Source: Vicugna vicugna
Taxonomy: Eukaryota
NCBI GenBank assembly: GCA_013265495.1
Contig: MU058198.1
Location: 5,161,779-5,225,778 of the forward strand
DNA: 64,000 nt
Reading direction: 5' to 3'
Each line of letters begins with the position of its first letter. Position 1 is the stretch's first letter. Positions 11,546 through 23,369 of the stretch are shown here, one piece after another. The notes beneath the pieces were generated by a model. It was given only the letters and a program-made list of their open reading frames with translations. It was not told the origin of the DNA and did no database searches. A program made the translations under genes and the position numbers.

Positions 11546-12144
11546 AGTAGGAATATGAATAAGAATGGAAGTAGCCCAGGGCATATAAACAGTGGGTACC
11601 CCAGTCTTGAATAAGATGCGGGCTTACCCTCTTAATTCCCTAGAGAGTGCCCTCCAGCAGAGAGAGGTATTGGCTTCATAAAAGCATGCCAGTGAAGCAT
11701 CTTCACGGAGCCCTAGGCGTCGGCAAAGTTGTCTGCGTGGAGAAAACCTGGCTGAGACTCTTTATGGCTTTTATTCTTTGTTTCCCAGAGTAGAGCTTTC
11801 ACCTCAGATGTGGGGCCCTATTCCGGCTCCACCCTTGCCGGCTTGGCAAATTAGGCCACTTCTGTTGACTTCAGGCTCTAGATTTTTAAACTGCAATTAA
11901 TTATTGTACCCACCAGATTAGATCCAAAAAAGGTCTAAAAAGAACCTAGCCTTGAACCTAATATATGTCAGTAAGTTTTTAATAAATCTCATTTGTTAAA
12001 GTTAGTGCAGTATTCATGATATCATTGTCATTAGGAGAGGGAAAATTAACTGTAACGAAACATGAGAAACAAAGATACTTTCTCAATAGAATGGAAAGAC
12101 ATCCAATGAGTCAGTTTCATGGCTTACCTATACGTACATGTATT

Positions 12145-12167
12145 TGTGTGTGTGTGTGTGTGTGTGT
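12145..12167. repeat. (TG)n microsatellite within a longer purine-pyrimidine alternating tract
   Basis: Directly visible. Confidence 0.95.
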
Positions 12168-13004
12168 ACACATACATGCACAATTCACATAGACACACTG
12201 CTTATATATACTAAAATACACTTTATATAATATGGAAATGACAATGAAAATGAATATTCTCCTTTTAGAGAGGTTAAACTTTTAACCTTTCTTTCTAAAA
12301 GGAGAATATTATGTATGTTTAGTACACGCAACATGTATGTGCATACATTTGTATACATACATACTTATATGCACAGATACATATATATGTACACATATGT
12401 CCTCAGAAAAAATTCTCTAGATGTAATTCAAGAAAAGAAAAAAAATCTATGCCCGAAGATTTTTCACTACAGTGTTATCTGTAAGCCTTCTCTTCTTCTG
12501 CTCCCTTCCCCTCCCCTCCCCTCCTCTTCCCCTTCCCTTCCCTTCTTTTCTCTTCTCTTCTGGTTCATGAAACCCCTTAGGTCAGCTGATGACCCCCTTG
12601 CTCTAAACCACTGTATAGAAAAGACTCAAAACAGCATTAGACAAATCAGCTGATTTTTGCCTTGGAGTCTCATTTTCCTACGTATTAAATAAAGAGAGAT
12701 TTTATCTGTTTTGAAGATTCCCCAAATTCTCTTGGCTATGAGAATGTCACCTCCGTGTCCTGGAATGCCATCTCCCGAGGCAACTGGAAGTCGTTTAGAA
12801 ATGAATTTCAAGAACTAGTTGGAGACAGAGGATCTCCGTTCTGTTCCTCACTCCAACACAAAACGGTCATATGACGTTGGTCCTTATTTTTCTCACCTGG
12901 AAAATGAACCAGAGTCCTGATATGTGGTAAAGAGACTGTCAGTGAAGGATGGAGCAGAGATTAGTAGATTGAAAGGGGCTAAAGGAAGATGACTCAGATA
13001 AATA

Positions 13005-13330
13005 CAAAGACGGTTTATTAGGATGAAGCTAAACTGTTAGAATAGAGAGACTTCAAGCTAAAGCTCCTTAAACGAAATGGAATTTTGTTTCTCTCTGACA
13101 GAGCAGTCCAGGGATAGAGGTGGTAGACAAGTCGAGCAAGTGATTTTCCTCTTGTGAAGCTTCCTCTTGTGGTTCAGATGAGCTGCCCCCTTCCTGTCCT
13201 TCTCCCGTCTAGTAAGGAGGAGATTATAGACCAGGGGAGCCTCTGCCCAACCAGTCTGTTTGCCGTTGGCTAGTCTGAGGTCACGTGACCACCAGAGCTG
13301 CAGGGGAGGCTGGGAAATGCGAATGGAGAG
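13005..13330 (-). mobile_element. ERVL-MaLR LTR remnant (MLT1)
   Basis: TTGGCTAGTCTGAGGTCACGTGACCACCAGAGCTGCAGGGGAGGCTGGGAAATG is typical of old MLT1. Confidence 0.65.
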
Positions 13331-13468
13331 TGGGGAGCATCAGCCTGTTTCAAACAGGGAGAGGAGGCAGCCGCTAAAGCTGGGAGTTTATGAGGCGTTT
13401 GTTCAGGTCTGTTTAAAGTGGCCAGGAGCCAGTCACTCAGACAGCACTTAGAGCTAATGCAGAGTCTT

Positions 13469-13564
13469 TGTTGTGCTAAGTGAAGTCAGCCAGAAAGATA
13501 AAGAAAAATACCATAGGATATCACTTGCATGTGGAATCTAAAAAGAAAAATAGAAGGACACAAA
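13469..13564 (+). mobile_element. Short internal L1 fragment (end of ORF2), no poly-A
   Basis: TGCTAAGTGAAGTCAGCCAGAAAGATAAAGAAAAATACCATAGGATATCACTTGCATGTGGAATCTAAAAAG aligns to 11195-11280 of this window. Flanked by the repeat TAATGCAG. Confidence 0.88.
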
Positions 13565-13729
13565 TAATGCAGGATCTTACCTGATGATGACAGATGGTAT
13601 TTAAGCCTGTCACCTCCTCTTGGTGTTGTAGTGGAAGACCCTACTCAGAAACCTTAACATTCGGGTCCCATTTCTAGCATTTATGGCATTTGAACCCAAG
13701 TGAAGTGAATATCTTGTTGTTATTTTATT

Positions 13730-14210
13730 GATCTGAGTCCTACCCTCCTTTCTCTGGTAGCCTCATTTTTCCCTCTGATAATTATTTCTGCTTTATTTGC
13801 AGGATCTGTTCCACAAAGCCTTGAATCCAGGGTTGGGCATGTGGTTTATGCCTCTCTAATCAGAGTATTTCCTGAGCACGGTGATTGATTTAGGAGTGGG
13901 CATGTGGCATCAGACAAGCAGGGCAATGAGACCTAATCCAGATCATTTTGATGGAGCTATGAAAGAGATGCTCTCCTTCTGCCAAGGTTCTCAAAAAAGA
14001 TAAAATGCAAACTCTGAGTCACTAGTGGCTATTTTGTTACTATAGGGGAGGACCCAGCTGAGAATGAAGCAGAGCTGAGAGATGGTGAGAGACTGCCAAT
14101 GATATTATTCAAAGCCCCTGGATCCAGCCATGCCTGAAACCGTGCATCCTGGAATTAGTTCCATGAGCAATAAATCCCTGTTTTGGCTTTTGCCAGTATG
14201 AATTAAGAAC
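13730..14210 (+). mobile_element. ERVL-MaLR LTR (MLT1J/K-like)
   Basis: GCCCCTGGATCCAGCCATGCCTGAAAC...CCATGAGCAATAAATCCC motifs. Confidence 0.75.
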
Positions 14211-15541
14211 TTGGGATGAAAATAATGCTAATAAATCACGTTCCAAGTCCCTTGCCTTTTCTCACATATCTTGGCTCTCAGATTTGGCTTCCTAGAATAT
14301 CTAGGAAGCTGTATAAAACAAAACACATACAGATTTTCTAAAAAAATTTAGTTCCACCAATATGAGGACAGCGGGGCAAACAATATATTTTTTATAAAGC
14401 TTCCCAGGACTTTCTAACAGGTAGTTAAATTTGGAAACAACTAATTACTCTGTGCTGTCTACCAATGTAATGATTGCTGTGTGACTTTGGAAGATCACTG
14501 AACTCTCTGGGGTCACTTTATTTTATTTTTTACTTACAGCAGAAAGAGGGAGGACCAGGTGATTTTGAAGTGGCTTTCTTGCCCTAAAATTTGCCGTGAC
14601 GACAGTCCCTGAAATTGTCATGGCCTCTTCCTCTCTGTTTCAAACTGGGGCTCATGTGCCCATTCCCCCCTCTCCCCCATAGTGAACAGATGCAGTCCAG
14701 AAATGCACCTTTGAGGCCTTGGCCCACTTTCCACAGCACACTCTCGCCTCTCTAGCAAGCGCTGACAGGTGTGAGCTGAGAAAGGTACAAGCCCTGTTTG
14801 AAGCACGGTGATAAGAGAAGCTGGGAGACGGGCTGAGGAGAAGAAACAGAAATATTGATCTCAGGAGCTAACAGGTTTTACTGAAGGAGCCGATTGGTAG
14901 GAAAGGGTGAGCCTAGACTGAAAAGTTTACACTTTCCCGGTGCAAAACTCGACTGCAGCAGAATCTTGATTAAAACATTTTCTTGCCTTCCCCCCATCCC
15001 AGAATTCTAGCCTCCGCATCCCATTTCTGACACTGGCAACCCTTGACGTTCCAGGGGCCCGCTATTCCTTGACCATGCCGTGTTCTTTTCCATCTCCACC
15101 CTTTGCTGGGACTCCCAGCCCTGACACTGAGTCCTGGGAACAACTGCCCCCTTGCAAGATCCAGGTCAAGACAACTTTCTCTGGGGAACCTTGTGGATTC
15201 TCCACACAGCTCCTCCCTCTGCTGGGTTTCAAAGGCATGGTCAAGGTCTAGTGACTTCCCCACTCTGTATTCTCATGATGGGGTCACATGTTTCTCCCAC
15301 CAAGAGAGGGCAGGCACGGGATGTTCAGGACAAAGTCAGTGCTCAGTAACTTCTTACTGAATGAATGAACAGAAGAACTGAATACAGGTCAAGTAAATAG
15401 GAGAGAATCTTTATCATAGCCGTGGGGTTGTAGACTGAAGATGTATTGGTGAAAACCTCTTTCAATACTTTATGCGTGCATCGGCTTCTCAAAGCATAAT
15501 CTAATTTTTCGCATAGCCATCATCTTGAACATCTGTTAGAA

Positions 15542-15742
15542 CAATGGTCCTCAGTCTTGGGTTCGCATGAGGATCATCTGAAGGCTGGTTAAAATGCAGA
15601 TTCCTGCACCCCTCCCCTCCCCACCTCCCCACACAGAGATTCTAATTCAGTAGGTCTGAAGGGGCACAAGATTCTGCATTTCTAACGAGATCCCTAGGGT
15701 GTCGATGCTGCCGGCCTGGGGATCACACTTTGAGAACCACTG
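15542..15742. mobile_element. hAT-Charlie MER5A
   Basis: Termini CAATGGTCCTCA and TGAGAACCACTG; internal TTAAAATGCAGATTCCTG, GATTCTAATTCAGTAGGTCTG and CTGCATTTCTAAC. Confidence 0.88.
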
Positions 15743-16211
15743 GGCTGGATGATGTTATTCTACCCAGTTCGAGGTCTTTGAAAAAAAGTAGGATTGTTGT
15801 CCCTAGACCAGATCTCTCAATAGCACTGAGTCTTTTGAATTCCCCTGCTGGCTTTTCCATCATGTGGTTGCATTCTTCTTCAGTGACACCAGAATAGGTG
15901 TTCTTTCCATCATACTCTGATTCTTCCTCATGATGCTACATTTCATTATGCATGAAAGCTGGGACCCTCAGGCTGCAGTAGACGGGGAGAACTTACTGTG
16001 GGGGAAGAGACTAGGACTGTCAGTGCTAGGGTGTGGGGAAACTGGTTAGTCCTGGAGACAAGATCACCAACTGGATAATTAAGAAAAGGGTGTGGGGGAG
16101 CGAGCTGAGAATTCAGAATTTCATTTGGATTATAGCAAGAGAGATTAAACCTTTTGGGTGTTCCTTGATTGACCCAGTGGTTCTTACCCAGGGCTGCGTA
16201 TTAAAATCCCC

Positions 16212-16360
16212 AGGGGGGCAGGGAGGGGACAGCTCAAGTGATAGAGCGCATGTTTAGCATGAGTGAGGTCCTGGGTTCAATCCCCAGTACCTCCTCAAAA
16301 ATAACTTAATAAATAAATAAACCTCATTACCTCCCCCCCTCCAAATAAATAAAAAATAAA
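16212..16360 (+). mobile_element. Vic-1-like SINE next to a MER5-like fragment (16175-16212)
   Basis: CAGCTCAAGTGATAGAGCGCATGTTTAGCATGAGTGAGGTCCTGGGTTCAATCCCCAGTACCTCC followed by the AAACCTCATTACCTCCCCCC tail. No clear TSD. Confidence 0.92.
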
Positions 16361-17489
16361 TTGAAAAGTGTTGGCAGCTTTTCCAGGCTGAGATGACCAC
16401 TCCCCAGCCCCATCCCTTCCTCCCCAAGGGCACAGAACTCAAATCCAGCCACCCCTGCCAGAGCTGCCAGCACCAGTGGATTGAAGTGTCTCAGAGAGGT
16501 GGACTGGGAACAAGAAAAATTATATAGAGTAACAAAATAGAATCAAGTTTCCTCCTGTCGCCTGCTTTGGCCGGTGCCGCAGCACTCGTGGAAATGCCCC
16601 AGGAAACGCCTGTGTTCGAGACCAAGAGCTGAGTAAGGGAAATCTCCACGCAGGCAGGAAAGACGTGGAATTTACAATGAGTTACTGGACACCATACTTT
16701 TCTACACGCACCTGGTGCTTGACTGGTTATCTGGCTTTTAAAAAGATACAGAGGATACAGAAAAAATAATTTTAACCGAGTTAGCCATGAGACGTATTGA
16801 TGGAGCATCTTCTTGGTTCTGCTACCAGGCTGGCAACTTTATGGCAGGAAAATAAAGACGTGAAAAGGACTGGTCTAATCACTACCGACACTGAGACCGT
16901 AAGAGAAAGGACAAAGGCTGCCACATCCATTGCTCGAGGGCAATTAGTACAAAGCAGAGGGTTAATAAATTAAACTGTCAGGTGTCTGAGCTGTTGTTAG
17001 AAGCCCAAAGTAGACCAAGTGTCAGGCAGGGAGGGGTTAATTGGAAAAGGTTTCTGCTACCTCGGACAGTCAAATCTCTATTTTCATTTCCTCTAATGGT
17101 GTTAATTAGGCTTATTACAATCACAAAGAAATGAGACTTGTAGAGAGTGGGGCTTCACTGCAAGGGTGCAAGGGCAGCGTGGGTTTGGCTGTTCTGTGAT
17201 TGCAAATGAGAGCACCTTAACGCCACTGTCTCAGTAGAACTCTAAGCCCTACTGAATACTGGGAAACTGCTTTTATTTTTCTCCCCCCGTGGCTTTCCTA
17301 CAAGATTCAGGGAATTCATAAGGTGTCTCAAAAAAACTAAATAATGTATTGCTTACTGTTGGGAAAAGCTGGAGAATCATCTCACTGTTTTGAAAACTGA
17401 TAAACAAAGGGAATAATTAGGGATTTATCTTGACTCTCCTATAGTAACTGTGCATAGCACCTAATGAACAAAGAAGATATAGAACAGAA

Positions 17490-18270
17490 ATATTACCATT
17501 TTGCAACTTCTGATGAAATAACGGAGTCACTGATTAGCAATGGCATCACAAAAATGGAAACAACTGAAAACGAGGTGCCTTCTAATGGAAGTACACAACT
17601 TCCATGACATAGAGTGGCCAAGAAATTGAACTTGCGTCTGATCAAGCTTCGGGGTCCACACCACTTTATGAGAAATATGATGGAGCGAGCAACAGTTGGC
17701 ATAATTCAAACTTTGGGAACAAATGACTCAGCTTTTTCTCTTGTCTGTATTTATGTGTTTGCCAATGACGTGTCTATGGCTGTCTCTGTCATTTTTGTGT
17801 CTATACCTCTGTCAGACTTTGTGTCTATGCCTTTTTATCTATTACAGGGGAAATAAATAGAAGATAGACCTCTATATTAAAAGAGAGTTAAGAGGCATGT
17901 CACTCAGTCCTGATACGTGGACTTCATTTAGTCTCAGGTCAATCGAATAATAATAATTTTTAAGACTATCAAGGAAATGTAAATACTAATTGGGTATTTG
18001 GCGATATCAAATAATTCTTTCTTTTTTTAGATGTGATACCTGCATCAGGGTTATGTTGTTTTTTTAAGTAAGTTCTTATTTTTTATAAATCGATGTAAAC
18101 TATTTCTATGATGCCTGGGATATATCTGCGCTTATATACATGCAGGGGAAGGTGGGGGAGGGTTTAAATGAAACCACATTGAGTTCATGATTGTTGAAGC
18201 AAAATGATGGGTACATGGTTTCATTATGTCACCTTCTCTACTCTTGTATATATTTGGAATTTTTTCAGTG
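17490..18270 (+). mobile_element. Ancient L1ME 3' end
   Basis: TACCATTTTGCAAC..., GATTGTTGAAGCAAAATGATGGGTACATGGTTTCATTATG..TCTACTCTTGTATATATTTGGAATTTTT. Confidence 0.7.
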
Positions 18271-19319
18271 AGGGGAAGGAAAGTCTACAATTATTGCTCT
18301 CTTTCCTGTTCCTTTTATTAGCTCTTGTTATTTCTTTAAATCTCAGCTCCACTGTTAGTTTCTCAGAGTAGCTGCAATGGACATTTATGTATTTATTTAT
18401 TTTTCGGCATCTGAAAAAGCCAGATACTTTTGTTTCCAGAATTTCTTTGAGCCAGAAAAGAGACATCACATCACCAAACCAAATTATGTGTCCCAGATTT
18501 CAAATGGAAAGAACCAGGGGCTCTGTAGATTCAAGTCTGTGATCAACCCAGTATCCTCTGATTACATTCCTTGTCTGTTTAATTTGGCTGGAGATGGATT
18601 CCGTGGCTTGCCATCAAAAACTTTACTTGAATGAAAGCTTTCCCTTACTCCCAGGTTAGATTACACTACTGTTATAGATCGTAGTAAAACCATTTGTTTA
18701 CCTTTCATAGAACTTGGACACTCGTTTGCTTGGATGCTTATTGGATTAATATGTGTGTCTGTAATCATAAAGTGAGCTTCTTGATTGCAGGGATCGTGTG
18801 TGCTTTGCTTCATCTCTGTCAGTGAGTGAGAACAAGAGGAGGAGGGCGATACTGCATACTGCTCATCAACAAAAAGTTACATCCACTAGGGCACGTGGAA
18901 GGCTGTGCTTCTGCATCCTGTTGTGGGGACGTGGACCACATGAGTCGTCATGTCCTATCAAGTGGCTTGGGAGCAGCAGGGTCAGGTGTCCCTTTCAGTC
19001 AAAGGCGTTAATTGCCAGCAGTAAACTTTCCATCATTCTCTCTCTCTCTTCCCGCTGTAGTGACCAAGATGACCCTGTGTTCAAATGATGCCCTACAGAA
19101 GGGCAGGGACTACGAGCCTAGGTGCCATGTCTATGCATTTAGCGCACAGAGTGCATTATGTGGAGTGTCTACATGGAGCAAAAACCCTGAGCTTGGCTGC
19201 ATTAAACATGTAGGTTGAGCGAAAAACAAAGAAACCTGCTGTTCCACTAAGCCAATGAGATGTAGGTACTGTCAGCGAACCTATCCTATCCCGACAAATA
19301 CAAGTAGAAGAGAAAGAAA

Positions 19320-19830
19320 AAGCAACAACTTGGGTGGACCTGAAAGACATTGTGCTAAGTGAAGCCTGTAACATGAGTCACAGAAAGACAAGCACTGCCC
19401 GAGTCCTCTTACATAGGACATCTGAACCAGTCTAGCATACAGATGTAGCCAATGGAGTGGTGGTTACCAGCGGATGGGGAAGGGAAGGCGGGGAGTTGTT
19501 CAAAGGATGTAAAGTCATGGTTAACCAAGAAGAATAAGTTCCAGAGATCTGCTGTGCAGCCTAGCACGGATCATTAATTATAGGGTATTGCGCACTTAAA
19601 CATTTGTTGAAGGTAGATCTCACTTTAAGTGCTCTTAACACTAAAACCAAACAGACAAACAACCCAAGCAATCAAAAAAGCATAAAGGGAATTTTGGAAG
19701 CGATAGATATGTGTATTACCTTGACGGTGGTGATGGTAACACAACTGTATACCTATGTCCAAACTCTTCAATTATGCGCTGTTTTTAATATAGTGATTAC
19801 ACTTCAGTAAAGCTGGAGGGAAAAAAGAAG
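19320..19830 (+). mobile_element. L1MA9-like 3' end
   Basis: GGACCTGAAAGACATTGTGCTAAGTGAA, GAATAAGTTCCAGAGATCTGCTGTGCAGC, GGTAGATCTCACTTTAAGTGCTCTTAACAC and an A-rich tail. Confidence 0.85.
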
Positions 19831-19954
19831 AAAAAGCAAAAGCATAAAGAGAGGAAGTGGAAAGAGGTATTTGTGACTAAAGAAAGAAGAAATATAGCAG
19901 CAGAGAATCCAGTCTACAGCAGACATACTCTTGGGCTTGCCAATGGATATTTCA

Positions 19955-20150
19955 TAGGTTGAATCTCAACTCTGCACTTACTACCTGTGTGATATTGGGT
20001 CATTCTTAACCTCTCTGAAACTCAGTTCTGTTACCTGAAAATTGGGAGAAAAAAATGATACCAAATTTCTGGGGTTATTGCACAGATTAAACTCCATGAG
20101 CTAATTCACATATAAGCACCCAACGTGACATGATGTGGGGGCTCCAGGAA
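19955..20150 (+). mobile_element. MIR SINE
   Basis: CTTAACCTCTCTGAAACTCAGTTCTGTTACCTGAAAATTGGG core. Confidence 0.75.
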
Positions 20151-20844
20151 TGTTGACTGATGGTGTGAGCAGGTGGAGAGAAATCATCGGTGGAACCAGG
20201 GAGGGGCAGAGGTGGAGGAAGCCGTACCTTTAGAGGAGGTCCGATTGCTAAGCAAGTCCACGCGCGAGTCTCCCAAGCCTGCCATTGTGCACTGTAATTT
20301 AGTAAATCATTTTGAGCAGTGGGGTGTTTGCTTATTCAATCAAGAAGTGGATTTATGCCTAATTCCAGCGGCTCCTCTGCAAAGTGCTGTAAGCTTAGGA
20401 GGCTCCCTAGCTCGGGAGCCAGATTGCTGCCTGGTGATTTATGTGATCTGGGAGGCTGGCCCCACAGCCAGGAGCACAGGGCATAAATCTGAGGCTTGCA
20501 GGGAGCCCTGATTCAGCCTGGCACACCTTGGCACAGCACCAGCCCTGAGCCCCTTCTCACCTTACAGTGGGTGTTACAAAGGGTGAGATCAAGGTCTAGG
20601 CTCGGAGGACGCCGGGTCTCATTTAGTCAATCATTTACTCAGTCAGTAAATATTAAGAACCTTCTCTGTGCCAAATCCTAGGCTTGGTAGTTGGGGATAT
20701 AAGTGGAGAACTTGAAAGACACAGTCCTGACTCTGTTGATAGTCACACTCCACTGGGAGAAATAAACAAGGCAGCCAATAATCCTATCATGGTGTGGGAA
20801 GCACTCTAGTAAGGGAAGCACGAGGTGCCGTGGGAGTGCAATAG

Positions 20845-22428
20845 TGTCATTTACAAGAAACAGGCATATTCGGTCAGGCAGATGACCAGAATATATTTCT
20901 CATATGTATTTAGTTACATCCATAGTTCCTGGCTCATGGGTCCCCAAACCCTTGGAATTTCCTGAGGGATAAGAATGATGGGAGCATCTTCTATTATAAC
21001 ATTTGGTCTCTTGTCCTCAGTTCCTGAAAACACTTTAGAGCCATAAAGGTGAAATGGGTGTTTTGTTATTCGTAACCAGCGCCTTGCCACCGCAGCTGGG
21101 TTTACGTTGTGAAGGTGACTTTCGGAAAGCACCTGAGGTTGGGGGCTGGTTGCCAAGGGAAACAACTGTGACTACAGGATTGGAACTTTAAGTCCCACCC
21201 CCTAATTTCCGGGGAGGGGTGAGGGGCTAGATGTTGAACCAATCACCAATGGCCAGTGAGTTAATCCACCATGCCTGTGTACCGAAGCCTCCGTAAATGA
21301 TCCCAAAGAAGGGGGTTGAGAGAACTTCCAGGCTGGGGAACCAGAACGCTTCCATGTGCTACTGTGTTGAGTCCCAAGATGCAAGAGGACGTCCTTTATT
21401 CAGGACCTTGCTCTGGGTATCCTAATCTGGCCGTTGTTTTATATCGTTTAATAGCCTTCTTAATAAACCAATAATCTAGCAAGTGGACGGGTTTCCTGAG
21501 TTCTGTGAGCCATTCTAGTGAATTAATGGAACCTAAGGAGGGGGAGTCAATTACAGGTGACAACCTGGACTTGTGATTAGCATCCTGAGCTGCAGAGGGT
21601 CGTTGTGTGGTTGTGTGCCTGATACACAAGGAGTCCAAACAAACTGAAACTTCGGTGTTTGGAGCAGAGGCGGGTTTATTGCAGGGCCGAGCAAGGAGGA
21701 TGAGTGGCTTGTGCTCAAAAACCCCTGAACTCCCTGATGGCTTTTGAGAAAGAGTTTTTAAAGGCAAAATTTAGACTGAGGGCTGCAGGGGGTGTGGCTT
21801 TCTTCTGATTGGTTGGTGGTGAGGTAAAGGCGTGGTCACAGGAATCTCACGCTCAGCCTGAAGTTACCATCCTCCACCTGGGTGGGGGCCTTGGTTCCCG
21901 CAGAGGAACACCTAAAAGATACATTGTTTTATATATTCCTTGAGGAGGACCTAGAACCCTGTTTTATGGCTGCTGAACTATCGTTTCTTGACTGCTCCTC
22001 CTTTGTTTCTGCGTCCCTTCACTTCCCTGATTAGCAACGGTTTGAATCTGCCCTTTGGTACTCAGGGAAGGTCTAGGAGGCTGAAGCCTTTTTCCTGCAA
22101 ACAAGAAATGGGGGACACAGAAGGGCTTTTGCACCCAGCAGGTACCCAAGGATCCAGCTTGGTTTCAGTTGGAACCTCCAATCTGTAGCTGGTTGGTCAG
22201 AAGCACAGGTAACAATCTGGGCTTGCAACTGGCACCTGAAGTTGAGGGTGGTCCTGTGGAACTGAACTCTTAATCTGTGGAATCTGATTCTCTCTCTGGG
22301 TCAATAGAGTCAGAATTGAGTTTGAATTGAGCTGAATTCTTGGACACCCTGCTGGTGTCCGAGAATTGCTTGCTGGTGTGGGGGAGCCTTCACACACGTG
22401 CTGGAATTGAGTCTGGGAACCTAATTCA
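20845..22428 (+). mobile_element. MER21-like LTR, interrupted by another LTR
   Basis: AAACCCTTGGAATTTCCTGAG, CCAATCACCAATGGCCAGTGAGTTAATC, AATAAA near 21462, and GTCAGAATTGAG..GGACACCCTGCTGGTGTCC match MER21 motifs. Confidence 0.8.
21609..22167 (-). mobile_element. ERV1-class solo LTR (laurasiatherian family) nested in MER21
   Basis: Right end GGTTTCA (TGAAACC on the minus strand), minus-strand AATAAA near 21676 and CCAAT boxes (GATTGGTTGG). Left end is ragged. Confidence 0.75.
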
Positions 22429-22914
22429 GGGGGCAAAGAGGGTAGCATCTAAGCTAGTCTTGAGCATAAAGGTTGGCTTTCCCGAGGAGGGGCTCTTTAA
22501 ACTGAGACATGAATGAAACTTCTAGGAACCAGGATTAGCTTCGTAAAATCAAAGAAATGGGAGAGAGAAGACAGAAAACTCTGAGGTGGTTAGTCACTGG
22601 GTATGGTGGAGGGCAGAACAGTTTAGAGAGGGTGAGTGGGGAGAGAAGATGCTGGAGAGGTGGGCAGGGGTCTGACTGTGGAGACCGTTTCCAGCCAGGA
22701 TAAAGAGCTTGGACTTCATCCAAGGGCAGTGGGATACAGAGTGCAGCATGATCAGATTTTCTCTTCACAAAGTTCCCACGGGGCTTTTCTATGCAGAATT
22801 GACTGGAGGAGGCTGGCAGACCAGGTCACATGCAGAGAACTCCACATGAGAGACGACGGTGAGCTGAATTAGCAAGCGACAGAGAGTTTACAGGTCGGAC
22901 ATAAAGCAGATCCT

Positions 22915-23125
22915 AACTAACATTGAGCCAGGCGCTGTCCAAAACGCAGCTTAACTGATTTCACTTTCACCAGTCTGTGCTGTAGGTGCAACGAGCCTGT
23001 CCTCTTTACCGATGAGAAAAGTGACACACAGAGAGGTTAAGAAACTGGCATAAGGTCACACAGCTCGTAAGTGACAGTGCTGGGATTCAAATCCAGGCAG
23101 TTTAATTCCAAATCCTTGTATTTTA
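22915..23125 (-). mobile_element. MIR SINE
   Basis: GATGAGAAAAGTGACACACAGAGAGGTTAAGAAACTGGCATAAGGTCACACAGC..GGGATTCAAATCCAGG. Confidence 0.85.
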
Positions 23126-23369
23126 ATTCACGTGCTTAGCTTAAACCTCCTTAGACCATGAGCTTTCCAGAAAGTCAGGGCCCAAGCTCTGTAATTACTC
23201 AGAGCCCCTGAGCCTATGTGTAAGAGGCTCATTGTCGAATGAATGACTACACTGATGAGAAGCCTGGCTGCACATCCCTGCCCTGCTTTTCTGAGCTGTG
23301 GCCACTCCTGCAAGTTCCACCTTGCCTAGCCTGGGTCCAATCCCCTCTCCCATAGATTTCATCAGGAAA

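Larger units (their letters stand above)
20620..22880 (-). mobile_element. L2 3' end split by nested LTRs (L2 parts about 20620-20844 and 22430-22880)
   Basis: CATTTACTCAGTCAGTAAATATTAAGAACCTTCTCTGTGCCA terminus; colinear L2 sequence resumes after 22430. Confidence 0.7.
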
